64,000 nucleotides of DNA from Octopus vulgaris (lineage: Eukaryota). The notes under the pieces are model-generated. The model did not search any database, was not told the DNA's origin, and worked only from the letters and a program-made list of their open reading frames with translations. Positions within the stretch are counted from its first letter, which is position 1, and every line of letters begins with the position of its first letter. Position numbers and translations under genes: made by a program. Location: NCBI GenBank assembly GCA_951406725.2, contig OX597822.1:82956001-83020000 (forward strand), read 5' to 3'. This document shows positions 12,745 through 23,782 of this stretch, one piece after another.

Positions 12745-13485
12745 ATGCATGGTTGTGTGGTTAATAATCTTGCTTTGCTACCGCGTGGCTTTCGGTTCAG
12801 TTCCATTGTGCGGACAGACCAATGACTTGTGAATGAATTTGGTTGACAGAAACTGTGTGGAAGCGAGCTGCAGAAACGTTTGCACGCCGGGCGAAATGCG
12901 TAGCCGTATTTCGTCTACCGTTACGTTGTGAGTTCAAATTCCGCCGAGATCGACTTTGCCTTTCATCCTTTCGGGGTCGATTAAATAAGTACCAGTTACG
13001 CACTGGGATCGATATAATCGACTTAATACCTATGCCTGTCCTTGTTTGTCCTCTCTGTGTTTAGCCCCTTGTGGGTAGTAAAGAAATAGGTATTTCGTCT
13101 GCCGCTACGTTCTGAGCTCAAATTCCGCCAAGGTCGAGTTTGCCTTTCATCCTTTCGTGATCGATTAAATAAGTACCAGTTACGCACTGGGGTCGATGTA
13201 ATCGACTTAATCCGTTTGTCTGTCCTTGTTTGTCCCCTCTATGTTTAGCCCCTTGTGGGCAATAAAGATATAAGGAACTGTGTGGAAGCCAGTCGTGTGT
13301 GTGTCTTTGTAACTATATTTTGTCCCCATCACCGCTTGATAACCAGTGTTTTGTTTACGTGCCCGTAACTTAGCGGTACAGCAAAAGCTACCGATACAAT
13401 AAATACTGGGTTCGATCCATTCGACTAAAACACTCTAAGGCAGCGCCCCAGTTTGGCCGTAGTCCAGTGACTGAAATAAGTAAAA
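12745..13485 (+). mobile_element. SINE family A interrupted by a family B dimer (12865-13275)
   Basis: An A head, then B, then an A tail. AACTGTGTGGAAGC is duplicated at 12851-12864 and 13276-13289. Confidence 0.85.
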
Positions 13486-13529
13486 CAACGTTACCACATA
13501 CCAAATACCTAAGAACTCATATCTTACCC

Positions 13530-13855
13530 CTTTCTTAGTCGTTAGACCGTGGCCATGCTGGGGCACCGCCTTGAAGAAATTTCAGTCGAATGAGTCGACC
13601 TCAGTACTTATTTCGTTTTCTAAAGCCAAGTACTTATTTTATCGGTATCTTTCGCCGAACCACTAGTTTATGAGCAGGTAAGCACACCAATATCGGTTGT
13701 CGAGCGGTGGTGGGGACAAACACACACACACACATATGTATAATACAGGTTTCTTTCAGTTTCCGTCTGCCAAATCCACTTACAAAATGCCAAGCAGTGG
13801 GATAGAACCCGGAACCATGTGGTTGGGAAGCAGATTTCTTACATTCAGCCACGCC
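13530..13855 (-). mobile_element. SINE family A (internally deleted)
   Basis: Family A tail and head motifs. Confidence 0.75.
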
Positions 13856-14244
13856 TTACTTAATTACTCTAACAATCTTAGTAGCAATTATTAATTGTGA
13901 TAGATTAATACATTTCTTTTTCACTGCATCATTTGTGCAGATCCAAATAAATCTTTCATTAAAGACTAATTGAATCTGTTATTGGCGAAGACATTTTCTT
14001 GCTGGCTTTTTTTCGAATTACATCTCAATTCCTCTCGTCATTTGTTTTTTACTTTAATTTTCTTTATATATTTTTATCTGGATTTTGATTAAAAAAAACA
14101 ACCCAAAATAACTGGCGACTTGAGATGCAGATTTCATCATTTCCAACATCGATTCTATTTCAACACCGTTAAACTAGTAAAGTGTTATATTGATTTAACG
14201 ACTTCCTTTCTGCTCGTTGAAACACTATGAATAGCGATGGCGAA

Positions 14245-14590
14245 TCTTTTATCTTTGACTGGTTTCAGTTTTTTGGATTGCGGTCACGCTGAAGCACCGC
14301 CTTGAAAGTTTAAGAAGAACAAATTGATCCCAGCCTTTATTTTTAATCCTGGTTCTTACTCTATCGATCTCGCTAAGTAACGAGATCTAAACAAACCAGC
14401 ACTGATTGTCAAGAGGTAATCACACACACACATACAACGGGCTTCTTTCAGTTTCTGTGAAGCAAATCCACCCACAAGTTTTGGTCGGCCCGCAGCTATG
14501 GTGGATAACGTCAAGAATGCCACACGGTAGGACTGAACCTAAAACGACATGGTTGAGAAGCACGTTTCTTAACCACACAGCCACGCATGC
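14245..14590 (-). mobile_element. SINE family A, older copy
   Basis: Family A motifs with many substitutions. Confidence 0.7.
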
Positions 14591-16020
14591 ACTACGTCAG
14601 CGAGGTTACTCGAAATAGCAGTAATGCTTCCATCAAATCACACCATATCGTTTTAAATAACAAAGAATACACTTCATTATGTTGTCCCTGATATAAAAAC
14701 GAATGGGTTAGTCATGATTGGAACACCTTTGATCATAAGCCTGCTCGATCAAGGCTGACTTGGGGGTTAATGAATAATTATTCTTTCAACCAGAAATCAA
14801 TTTGAAGTCGCTTTTCATTAACTGTCGAGACAACCTTGGAAAATTACGTGCTCATAATAATTATATGCACATAATAATTACTTTGGCGCAGTTGTAGCTG
14901 TGTGGTTAAGAAGATCGCTTTGCAGCCATAGAATTTTGGGTGGGTTCAGTAATACTGTGCTGCATCTCGGGCTTGTCTCTTCAACTATAGCCTTGTGCTC
15001 ATCAATGCTCAGGAGTGAATTTGATATATCAGTGGCGTGTGGTGACTTCCGAGGTTGGTCATGCAATAAATAATTAGTGCACATGGCAGAGACGTATCCC
15101 GCACCCTAATTTTTTTTTAAACGGAAACCCTCATTTTCGACTCTGGAGATTCAGATTCTGAAAAAAAATTGGCGAAAATCGCAACTTCAAAATTTCAATT
15201 TACACCCCGCTTATTTCTCCATTTTTCATTTTCCAGAATTTTTTTTTGGTTGGGGGTAGGGAACACGTAGAAAAAAACAGAGATTATGATTCTGAAAAAA
15301 AATATTGTTTGTAAAATTTCAACATTTTTCAAAAAAAAAAAAAAAAAAAATTACCTCAACTCCCTCCCTTCCCGATTTTACGGCCTTCAAACAGGCTATC
15401 TACATGCTAGATATAACAGCCAAATTTCACAGGAATTTGTTGGGCGATAAAATAATGAAAAAAATATGTAATAAATCTACTCACCTTCCTGCAAAGATGT
15501 CTTTCAGAGAAATTTCCCGCAGTAAAATGAGGAATACTGTGACAAAGTTGTAAAAAAAAAAAAAAAGAAAAAGAGTCTGTTGGAGATTTGACTTTTTTCT
15601 GCTCTTATATTTTTTGTAACTTTTAAGTTTCATTTTCTAGAAAAAACACTTTCAGTTGAAAAAACCCCAAAAAAACTGAACACTTTAATTTCACTTCAAA
15701 ATATATTCCCTAACACACGTTTCAGTCATCTGAACAAATATTTCGAAAATACTAAAGATCGTATGAAAGTAATAGTGCACGTGGAATGATAATGGTAAAT
15801 TAACGAAAGATTAAATTAGCTATTTCAGAAATTAGATATATAATATAGATTATAGATATTGATTATATTTCTGATATCAGAATTTTTGAAAATTTCTTCA
15901 TACAAAATGATGGTTAATGATAATAAATTTCAAAACTTACGACAGAGCGAAATAGATATTCCAGACATTTGAGCTGACTAATAAGGAATTATGGGATTGC
16001 TGATATGTTTTATTTTGATA

Positions 16021-17096
16021 AGGCGGCGAGCTGGCAGGGCGTTAAGCGCGTCGGGCGAAATGCTTAGCGGTATTTCGTCTGTCGTTACGTTGTGAGTTCA
16101 AATTCCGCCGAGGTCGACTTTGCCTTTCATCGGGGTCGATTAAATAAGTACCAGTTACGCACTGGAGTCGATGTGATCGACTTAATACCTATGTCTGTCC
16201 TTGTTTGTCCTCTCTGTGTTTAGCCCCTTGTGGGTAGTAAATAAATAGGTATTTCGTCTGTCGTTACGTTGTGAGTTCAAATTCCGTACAGATCAACATT
16301 GCCTTTCATCCTTTCGGGGTCGATTAAAATAAGTACCAGTTACGCACTGGAGTCGATATAATCGACTCAATCCGTTTGTCTGTCCTTGTTTGTCCTCTCT
16401 GTGTTTAGCCCCTTTTTGGCAGTAAAGAAATAGGTTTTTTCGTCTGCCGCTAAGTTCTGAGTTCAAATTTCTCCGAGGTTGACTTTGCCTTTCATCCTTT
16501 CGGGGTCGATTAAATAAGTACCAGTTACGCACTGGGGTCGATATAATCGACTTAATCCGTTTGTCTGTCCTTGTTTGCCTTCTCTTTGTTTAGCCCCTTG
16601 TGGGTAGTAAAGAAATAGGTATTTCATCTGCCGCTACGTTCTGAGTTCAAATTCCGCCGAGGTCGACTTTGCTTTTCATCCTTTTGGGGTCGATTAAATA
16701 AGTACCAGTTATGCATTGGGTTCGATATAATCAAATTAATCCGTTTGTCTGTCCTTGTTTGTCCTCTCTGTGTTTAGCCCCTTGTGGGTAGTAAATAAAT
16801 AGGTATTTCGTCTGCCGCTACGTTCTGAGTTCAACATTGCCTTTCATCCTTTCGGGGGTCGATAAATTAAGTACCAGTTACGCACTGAGGTCGATGTAAT
16901 CGACTGGCCCCTTTCCCCAAAATTTTGGACCTTGTGCCTAGAGCAGAAACGCTATTTCGTCTGTCTTTACATTCTGACTTTGCCTTTCATCCTTTCGGGA
17001 GTCGATAAATTAAGTACCAGTTAGGTACTGGGATCGATCTAATCGACTGGCACCTTGCCCCAAAATATCGGGCCTTATGCCTAGAGTAGAAAAGAA
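16021..17096 (+). mobile_element. SINE family B multimer (about 6 tandem ~180-bp units)
   Basis: One head, aggcggcgagctggcag, then units restarting at gtatttcgtc near 16070, 16249, 16433, 16619, 16803 and 16953. Each unit carries gactttgcctttcatcctttcggggtcgat...aagtaccag, which resembles the Meta/MESC SINE domain. Confidence 0.9.
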
Positions 17097-17159
17097 GATA
17101 TATCAGTTGAATAAAGTTAAAACGTGGTCTGGTTTTCACAGCTTTTGTTATGGTATTTT

Positions 17160-17222
<63 letters not shown>

Positions 17223-17447
17223 TCATAAAGTTAAATTAGTTCTTAGTCAAGAATTCAACTGTCAGTTAAACACATTTGAAATCTGATGATTATATTATGT
17301 GCGAAAGCGTGAATTTAACTTTATGAGTATTACAAAATGTGTTTTTAATGTTAAAATACCATGAGAAAAAGACGTGAAGACAAGTCCATGTTTTAACTTT
17401 AATCAACTGATATTTACACATTCACACAAATTCGAAACAAGATATAA

Positions 17448-17486
<39 letters not shown>

Positions 17487-17677
17487 AGTTCGCTCGCATT
17501 CTGCTACAGTTAGCAATCAAAATTCCGTGACATCAACCCTACAGTATGCATGTGTGCGTGTACGTGACTTTCTGTCTGTTTGTCACCCATCCCGCTGCTT
17601 GTCAATCAGTGTTGGTTTGTTTACATCTGCGTAACTTAGCGGTTCGGTCAAATAACCGTAGAATAAATACCAGGCTT

Positions 17678-17734
<57 letters not shown>

Positions 17735-18649
17735 ACGTATATACACCTGGCTTCTTTCAATTTCCGTTTACCAAATCCACTCACAACGGTTTGGTCGGCC
17801 CAAGGCTATAGTAGAAGACATGAGCTCACGGTGTCACGCAGTGGGACTGAACCCGGAACCATGTTATTGGAAAGCCTGTGCCTATAATTGCCAACAAATT
17901 AATCGGTAATTTATTTCTTTTTAAAATGACTGTGATGCATTAATTTTTTTAGAAATTTAAGAATAATTGGAACGAATGTTTCTGATAGAAACAAGAAATG
18001 AGTAAATACCCGAGAGAAAATTTTATTAACATGTAAAAAAATAATAATAATAAACGGTGATATATTTTTTGCAATCAAAGCTAAAATAGTTTGGTTTGTG
18101 AACGAACGTACACACTCTCACACATTTGTATTATTGTATTATTACGATGAAAAATATTCTACGTACATATTTTGATTAAAAACAGCCGATTGGTGTCAAT
18201 TGAAATTACATTTTTCATCATTGAATTGAAGTGTAATGGAATCCAATTGTTGATTGCAACAACAAATACATAAAAATCAATTTAACAATAATGGAAATTA
18301 TTGCCAATGCATTAATCAAAATTAACAAAATAACACGAAATATTTTTGTAAAATGTACTTTAAAAATGACGAAGTCACTTCGTGCGCTCGATCAGGTTTC
18401 GTATTTTTTGTATTTACTTTAGATATATCAATAGAAAGGATCGAAAGAATCAGCGGTTTTATTTGAACACGTAAAGGTATTTTCACGTGTTTATTTGTGA
18501 TTTTTCTGAGTTATTTAACTGCTCCTTGTTTACCATGGAGATTAATGTCACAGCTTTTTTTGTTAACCCGTTGTTTATTATTTATTGAACACTTTGTGGT
18601 AATTTCTCAAATTGCGTAGGTCAGAATGAATTGCGTTCGACTCGTGTTT

Positions 18650-19075
18650 GATTCTTTGGAGAAATAAAAATCAGAGATGCTTTGCCACATGCAGGACCCA
18701 CTCAGAAGTTTTGCAAGCCCTCCTTCTAAATCCATTGCAATGATGGAAACACTTCAATGTCATCAGCCGGTATCTCAGGGTCACAAGTATTTTGTTCCTT
18801 CGCTTGTTTGCTTCACCTGAGTGGAACAGCGATCTCAGAGCTAGTCTTCACTTACGGAAGGGTTCCATATACGTTTTCTGTAAAAACCAGTTTCAGCTGC
18901 CGTCCTCATTTCCTTGATATCTTTCTTCAGTTGTCTGAGTTCCAGATCTATCTTTTGCAGGAAATAGCGCACTGATCTAGCTGGAAAGCCGCGACAGCCG
19001 ACCTCAATGGGGAATGAGGCCACATGCCAGCCCTTGAAAAAGGCCTCGTCGACTAAGCACTTATAGTATTTTCTT
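18650..19075 (-). pseudogene. 3' end of a Hero-like (restriction-like endonuclease) non-LTR retrotransposon
   Basis: KYYKCLVDEAFFKGWHVASFPIEVGCRGFPARSVRYFLQKI...KKDIKEMRTAAETG matches the KY..L...GW....PVEVGCRGF...AAE.S.W C-terminus of Hero-type elements. Confidence 0.75.
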
Positions 19076-19456
19076 TACACGGTTGAGTTCAGGTTTAAAT
19101 TTCTCCTATAAAAGAGACCAAGATGATTTTTTAAAATTATTTTGTTCGTCGTCGTTTCTTCCGAAAGCCGCCAATAAATAACTGACGTATACTTACGAAA
19201 CGGTATCATGCAATTACTGCTGTCTCGTTTGTTTGTTCTAGCTGACGAAATGAGTTCGGTTTGCAGAAACAGGGCTATCCCATCACTAAATAGATATTTT
19301 CACATGTGTTTGTTTGATGCGATTTGTCTGAATTTCTTTGTCTCATCGTTACCATATAAACTAACGAGGTAGCTGTAAATATTTCATAGTATTGTGTTGG
19401 TTCAGACGAGATCGGTCGGAATGCGTTGCCTTCAACACAACCCTAACTCCTATGTA

Positions 19457-19819
19457 CTTCCTGTTCTTCTTTTTATTTATCAGTATTTTTCTTGGTTTTT
19501 AACAAAGAAACAAAAGCTTCATCATTGGAGTTTGGCTAACACCAACAATGATTGTTACGTATAGAACTTAAAGAAAGTCTTGCATATTTTTATTGTTCTA
19601 CTTACAGATTGTATCTATAAAGTACGTTTAAGCCGGTTTCTTTCTTTTCCTGAAAACCCTGGCTTCTCCGGATTGTGGCTTAAATATTTATTAACATCAC
19701 TGAGCACACCAACGATCATCGGTATTAATGTCAATTGACAATCAGGGAGTTGCGGGTTTCGAATCAGTTGTCCATAGATATTATCCTTCTTGCCGGTTTT
19801 TGAAAAGAAGTTGTTCACA

Positions 19820-19822
<3 letters not shown>
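19457..19822 (-). pseudogene. 3' fragment of an R4/Dong-like non-LTR retrotransposon (CATA-associated family)
   Basis: KDNIYGQLIRNPQL...IPMIVGVL...KPGFSGKERNRLKRTL aligns with the 37804-38000 translation and is followed by a 3' UTR. Confidence 0.7.
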
Positions 19823-19823
<1 letters not shown>

Positions 19824-19883
<60 letters not shown>

Positions 19884-19901
19884 TGTATGTATGTATGTAT
19901 G

Positions 19902-19930
<29 letters not shown>
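19824..19930. repeat. (TG)n(TATG)n microsatellite
   Basis: Read directly from the sequence. Confidence 0.95.
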
Positions 19931-19932
<2 letters not shown>

Positions 19933-20069
19933 GCATTTCCTTTTTATCTCTGTCTATATACGAGCACAGGCGCGTCCGCGCCCTCTCCATATATCACACT
20001 CTACCATTTTATAAAGAATATATTGGATAATGTAACCCGAACCATATTATTCCTGAATATGAAGCGGAA

Positions 20070-20400
20070 TGTGAAGGCACGTGGCCTAGTGGTTAGTGTG
20101 TTATACTCATGATCGCAAGATTGTGGTTTCGATTCTCAGACAAGTGGTGAGTCGTGTTCTTGAGCAAAACACTTCTTTTCACGTGGCTCCGGTTCACTTG
20201 GCCGTAAACAGGCGACCCCCTGTGACCAGACTAGCGTTCCGTTCAAATGGAATGTGGGAATGTCAGCCTGGCTAGGGGGATGGCATCTTTCGAAAAGCTG
20301 CAACAGTGCGAGGAAGCACATTGTGACCAGTGATGCACAACATTTGATAGTAAGATCGATAAAGTGATAAGACGCAATATTCATGAATGGAAATTCTTCA
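20070..20400 (+). mobile_element. SINE family C variant
   Basis: gtggcctagtggttag...gtttcgattc...gtgttcttgagcaaaacactt. Confidence 0.75.
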
Positions 20401-21674
20401 ATCACACGCCCGACCGATCAGAGCTGACCTGGAAATATCTAAAAAAAAAAAACGTCTTCTTTTAAATATATTTGCTGTCGATAGTGAACAACCGAACCGT
20501 GGCATTTCTTTAATACATAAGCGAAAAGCAAACCTACAATAGATAACTCTATAGAAATGGAGTAAAGTGTAAAGAAACTTTTCAACGAAATCAATTATAA
20601 ATAAATTGATGTTACTTTTATACATTATTTGTTCTGTCCCTATTAAATTTGCTCGTCTTTGGAGTAAAAGTATTTTATTGTTTTTTCCCATCTATTCTTT
20701 TTCATATTTGTTCAATGTATGAAGAATATTCTAGAAAACAGCTGAAGCTGAAAACATAACAGTCGTTGATTGTCTAACAAGAAAATAATTCAATATGTCT
20801 GTCTTTGTATTTGCGTACAACTAACAATCTGTCTTACATCTCGCTTATTTTGTATTTTTTTCTTCTTTGATTATACACACAGCAAAAATATATGTGACGG
20901 TGTATTCAATGATTTGAGAATTAAAGAAGTCAAACTAAGATTACTTAAAACATGTTGTGAAGAAGAAATAATAATGTCCAACATTATTTTTCTCTTGTAC
21001 ATAATGGCGACAACTGCAGGTATTTCTCGTCCTTGTTGCACTTCTTCAACTATTTGCATATATACACAGACTTATGCACACACACACACAGGCACACACA
21101 CACATACGCACACACACACACATACACACACACAATGCACATACACTCCTGAGCAAAAAAAAAAAGAACAATGAACCACGAAAAATTTGGCACTTTAAAT
21201 TATTCCAATTTCTATTGGACATTTCTTCGACACGTTCTTAAAGATATTGTTTTGCAGGAAAAACGTATTTACAAAGTTGAAAAGAAGGTTTTATGAAAAA
21301 AAAAAAAAGAAAACAAACTTAGAAATTCTCAGATTGTAGGTTTGTAAGCTTTATAGGCCAGATAAGACAAAACATATTAAAATTATGCGCATAGAAAATA
21401 GATAAGGTGGTTTGGAATCGATCTTTGGCATAAATGAAAATTTTATACATTTTCTTCAAAATTTCCAAGATCGTCTTTTCCGTTTTGTAAAAATGGAAAT
21501 GTGTATGAAATTTCTTTTAATATTTAAATCGAAAGTTGTACATAATTTGCAGCGCAGATAACGAAATTACATAACCACTCTGCCTTTGTATTAGCTACAT
21601 ATATCGATAGTTACGAGTATGTATATATTCTTTTATTCTTTATTCACATAAATCTGTTCTTTATTCTTTATTCA

Positions 21675-21873
21675 CACACACGCACGCACACACATACACT
21701 CACACAACACACACATGACGGGCTACTTTCAGTTCCCGTCTACCAAATTCCGTCTCACAAGGCTTTGGTGGGCCCCAGGCTATAGTAAAAGACACCTGCC
21801 CAAGGTGCCACACTGGGACTGAACCCGTAACCATGTGGCTGGTAGGCAAGCTACTTACCACACAGCCACTCCT
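21675..21873 (-). mobile_element. SINE family A, 5' half
   Basis: Family A head and core. Confidence 0.8.
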
Positions 21874-21886
21874 GTGTGTATGTATA

Positions 21887-22214
21887 TGTGGCTCAGTGGT
21901 TAGAGCGTCGAGCTTACGATCGTGAGGTTGTGAGCTCGAATCCCGAACCGGGCTGCGTGTTGTGTTCTTGAGCAAGACACTTTATTTCACGTTGCTCCAG
22001 TTCACTCAACTGTAGAAATGAGTTGCGACGTCACAGGTGCCAAGCTGTATCGGCCCTTGCCTTTCCCTTGGACAACATCGGTGACGTGGAGAGGGGAGGC
22101 CGGTATGCATGGGCGACTGCTGATCTTCCATAAAACAGCCTTGCCCAGACTTGTGCCTTAGAGGGTAACTCTCTAGGTGCAAACCCATGGTCAGTGTCTG
22201 ACCGAAGGGGGTCA

Positions 22215-22216
<2 letters not shown>
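21887..22216 (+). mobile_element. SINE family C variant
   Basis: tggctcagtggttagagcg...gctcgaatccc head, gtgttcttgagcaagacactt core, and a distinct tail. Confidence 0.85.
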
Positions 22217-22276
<60 letters not shown>

Positions 22277-22280
<4 letters not shown>

Positions 22281-22420
22281 AGAATTCACAAAACCAAAAA
22301 AACAAAAGACGAAGACAGTTGGTGTAGACAACAAACAGATGTATTAGTATAACGTTCGGGAAGCGAAAAAGTCTTTAACGTTTCGAACCTACGCTCTTCC
22401 ACAGAAAGAAACAAGGATCC
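22277..22420 (-). mobile_element. Penelope-like pseudo-LTR fragment with a hammerhead variant
   Basis: Contains the motif at 22372-22409. Related pieces lie at 53013-53070 and 54355-54475. Confidence 0.6.
22372..22409 (-). ncRNA. Hammerhead-like motif, A6U core variant
   Basis: TCTTT-CTGTGGA-A-GAGC(gtag)GTTC-GAAA-CGTT-AAAGA. Confidence 0.6.
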
Positions 22421-22771
22421 CAGTTGTAACAGGGGCTGGAGTTGTGGTCGCCCAAATGTCCAGTTGGGAGCGAATCGGTAATCAGTAGCTAAACTTTGAG
22501 TCAGTAGGTATGAGTTAAAGAAGAGAAAAACAATTAATCAAGTGGTATTTAAATTCATTTAGTTTAGTTTTAATTAAGAGAGTTAACAAATAGGTAAAAT
22601 TAATAGATATAGATAATTCTACCAATATTGTATTAGTTTTAAGTCTCTCAAACTAAATGAATTTGAATGCCATAGACCTACCTTGATTAGTTGTTTTTCC
22701 TCTTCTTTAACTCATACATACAAGTGTATACATACACACATGCGCGCGCAGGTGCACAATTAAATACACAC

Positions 22772-22846
<75 letters not shown>

Positions 22847-22904
22847 GAAACAACAAAGCCGAGGGTGTGTGGAATTTTCAGGACATTTATAAAGAGAAAG
22901 TTAG

Positions 22905-22950
22905 TCTTACAGCTGTTTCTGGGATATTAGGGATATCCCTTCATCAGAGA
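22905..22950 (-). ncRNA. Minimal type I hammerhead, intact core
   Basis: TCT-CTGATGA-A-GGGATAT(cccta)ATATCCC-A-GAAA-CAGCTG-TA-AGA; palindromic ACAGCTGT stem III; GUA site. Confidence 0.8.
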
Positions 22951-22997
22951 TGATGTGAAATGGTTAAATAGAGGGAAATATTTAACCATCTCACATC

Positions 22998-23045
22998 GTC
23001 TCTAATGAAGGGATATCCCTAATATCCCAGAAACAGCTGTAAGAC
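22998..23045 (+). ncRNA. Partner hammerhead with G5A (CUAAUGA), probably inactive
   Basis: GTCT-CTAATGA-A-GGGATAT...ATATCCC-A-GAAA-CAGCTG-TA-AGAC. Confidence 0.7.
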
Positions 23046-23089
23046 TAACCTTCTCTTTATAAATATCCTTATTATTGTTTATTATTATT

Positions 23090-23280
23090 AAGGTGGTGAG
23101 CAGGCCGGGCGAATGCTTTGCGGTAATTCGCCCGCCTTCACGTTCTGAGTTCAAATTCTGCCGAAGTCGACTTTGTCTTTCATTCTTTCTGAGTTTATAA
23201 AATAAGTACCAGCTGAACACTGGGGTCGATGTAACCGGCTCATGCCCTCCGCCAAAATTGCTGCCCTTGTGGCAAAATTT
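23090..23280 (+). mobile_element. SINE family B monomer
   Basis: Family B head, B box and core. Confidence 0.75.
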
Positions 23281-23407
23281 TTAACTCTTCTTCTTCTTCT
23301 TCTTGTAAAATATATGTATTACATAACTACACGCCTTTATATTTCATCTGGTTTTGTTTGCATGTAACAAAATAATGATCCATCTGTACAATAACTGGTA
23401 ATGTTCT

Positions 23408-23423
23408 TCTACTACTACTACTA

Positions 23424-23488
<65 letters not shown>

Positions 23489-23505
23489 AAATACTACTAC
23501 TACTA
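23408..23505. repeat. (CTA)n microsatellite
   Basis: Read directly from the sequence. Confidence 0.95.
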
Positions 23506-23782
23506 CCATCATTATCTGTAGTTCTTATAGCAGATTATTTATAATGGCAAGTTATTATCTGTTGTTCTGTGTTTTATTCCTTCAAGATATTCTGTTCTTT
23601 TGAGTATTTATTCTCATAAAAGTCAACACTTGTTTTGCATTTGTTAATTTAGAAATTCTTATGTTCTCTGAAGTGGCTCGAAGGAATAATTCCAGTTTCA
23701 TATTTTTGCACAGAAATATGTAAAGATTTATTGGCTTTCGTTTACTTTTCTCTACTTAATCATGTGCGTTCTGATATTATTT

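Larger units (their letters stand above)
22880..23069. mobile_element. Near-perfect head-to-head inverted repeat (Penelope-like) with two hammerheads
   Basis: Arms at 22880-22970 and ~22979-23069 are reverse complements with few mismatches. Confidence 0.85.

Noticed and set aside
16021-17096. tRNA gene array
   Set aside because: The units have only SINE-type partial tRNA similarity, no full cloverleaf, and continue into SINE core and tail.
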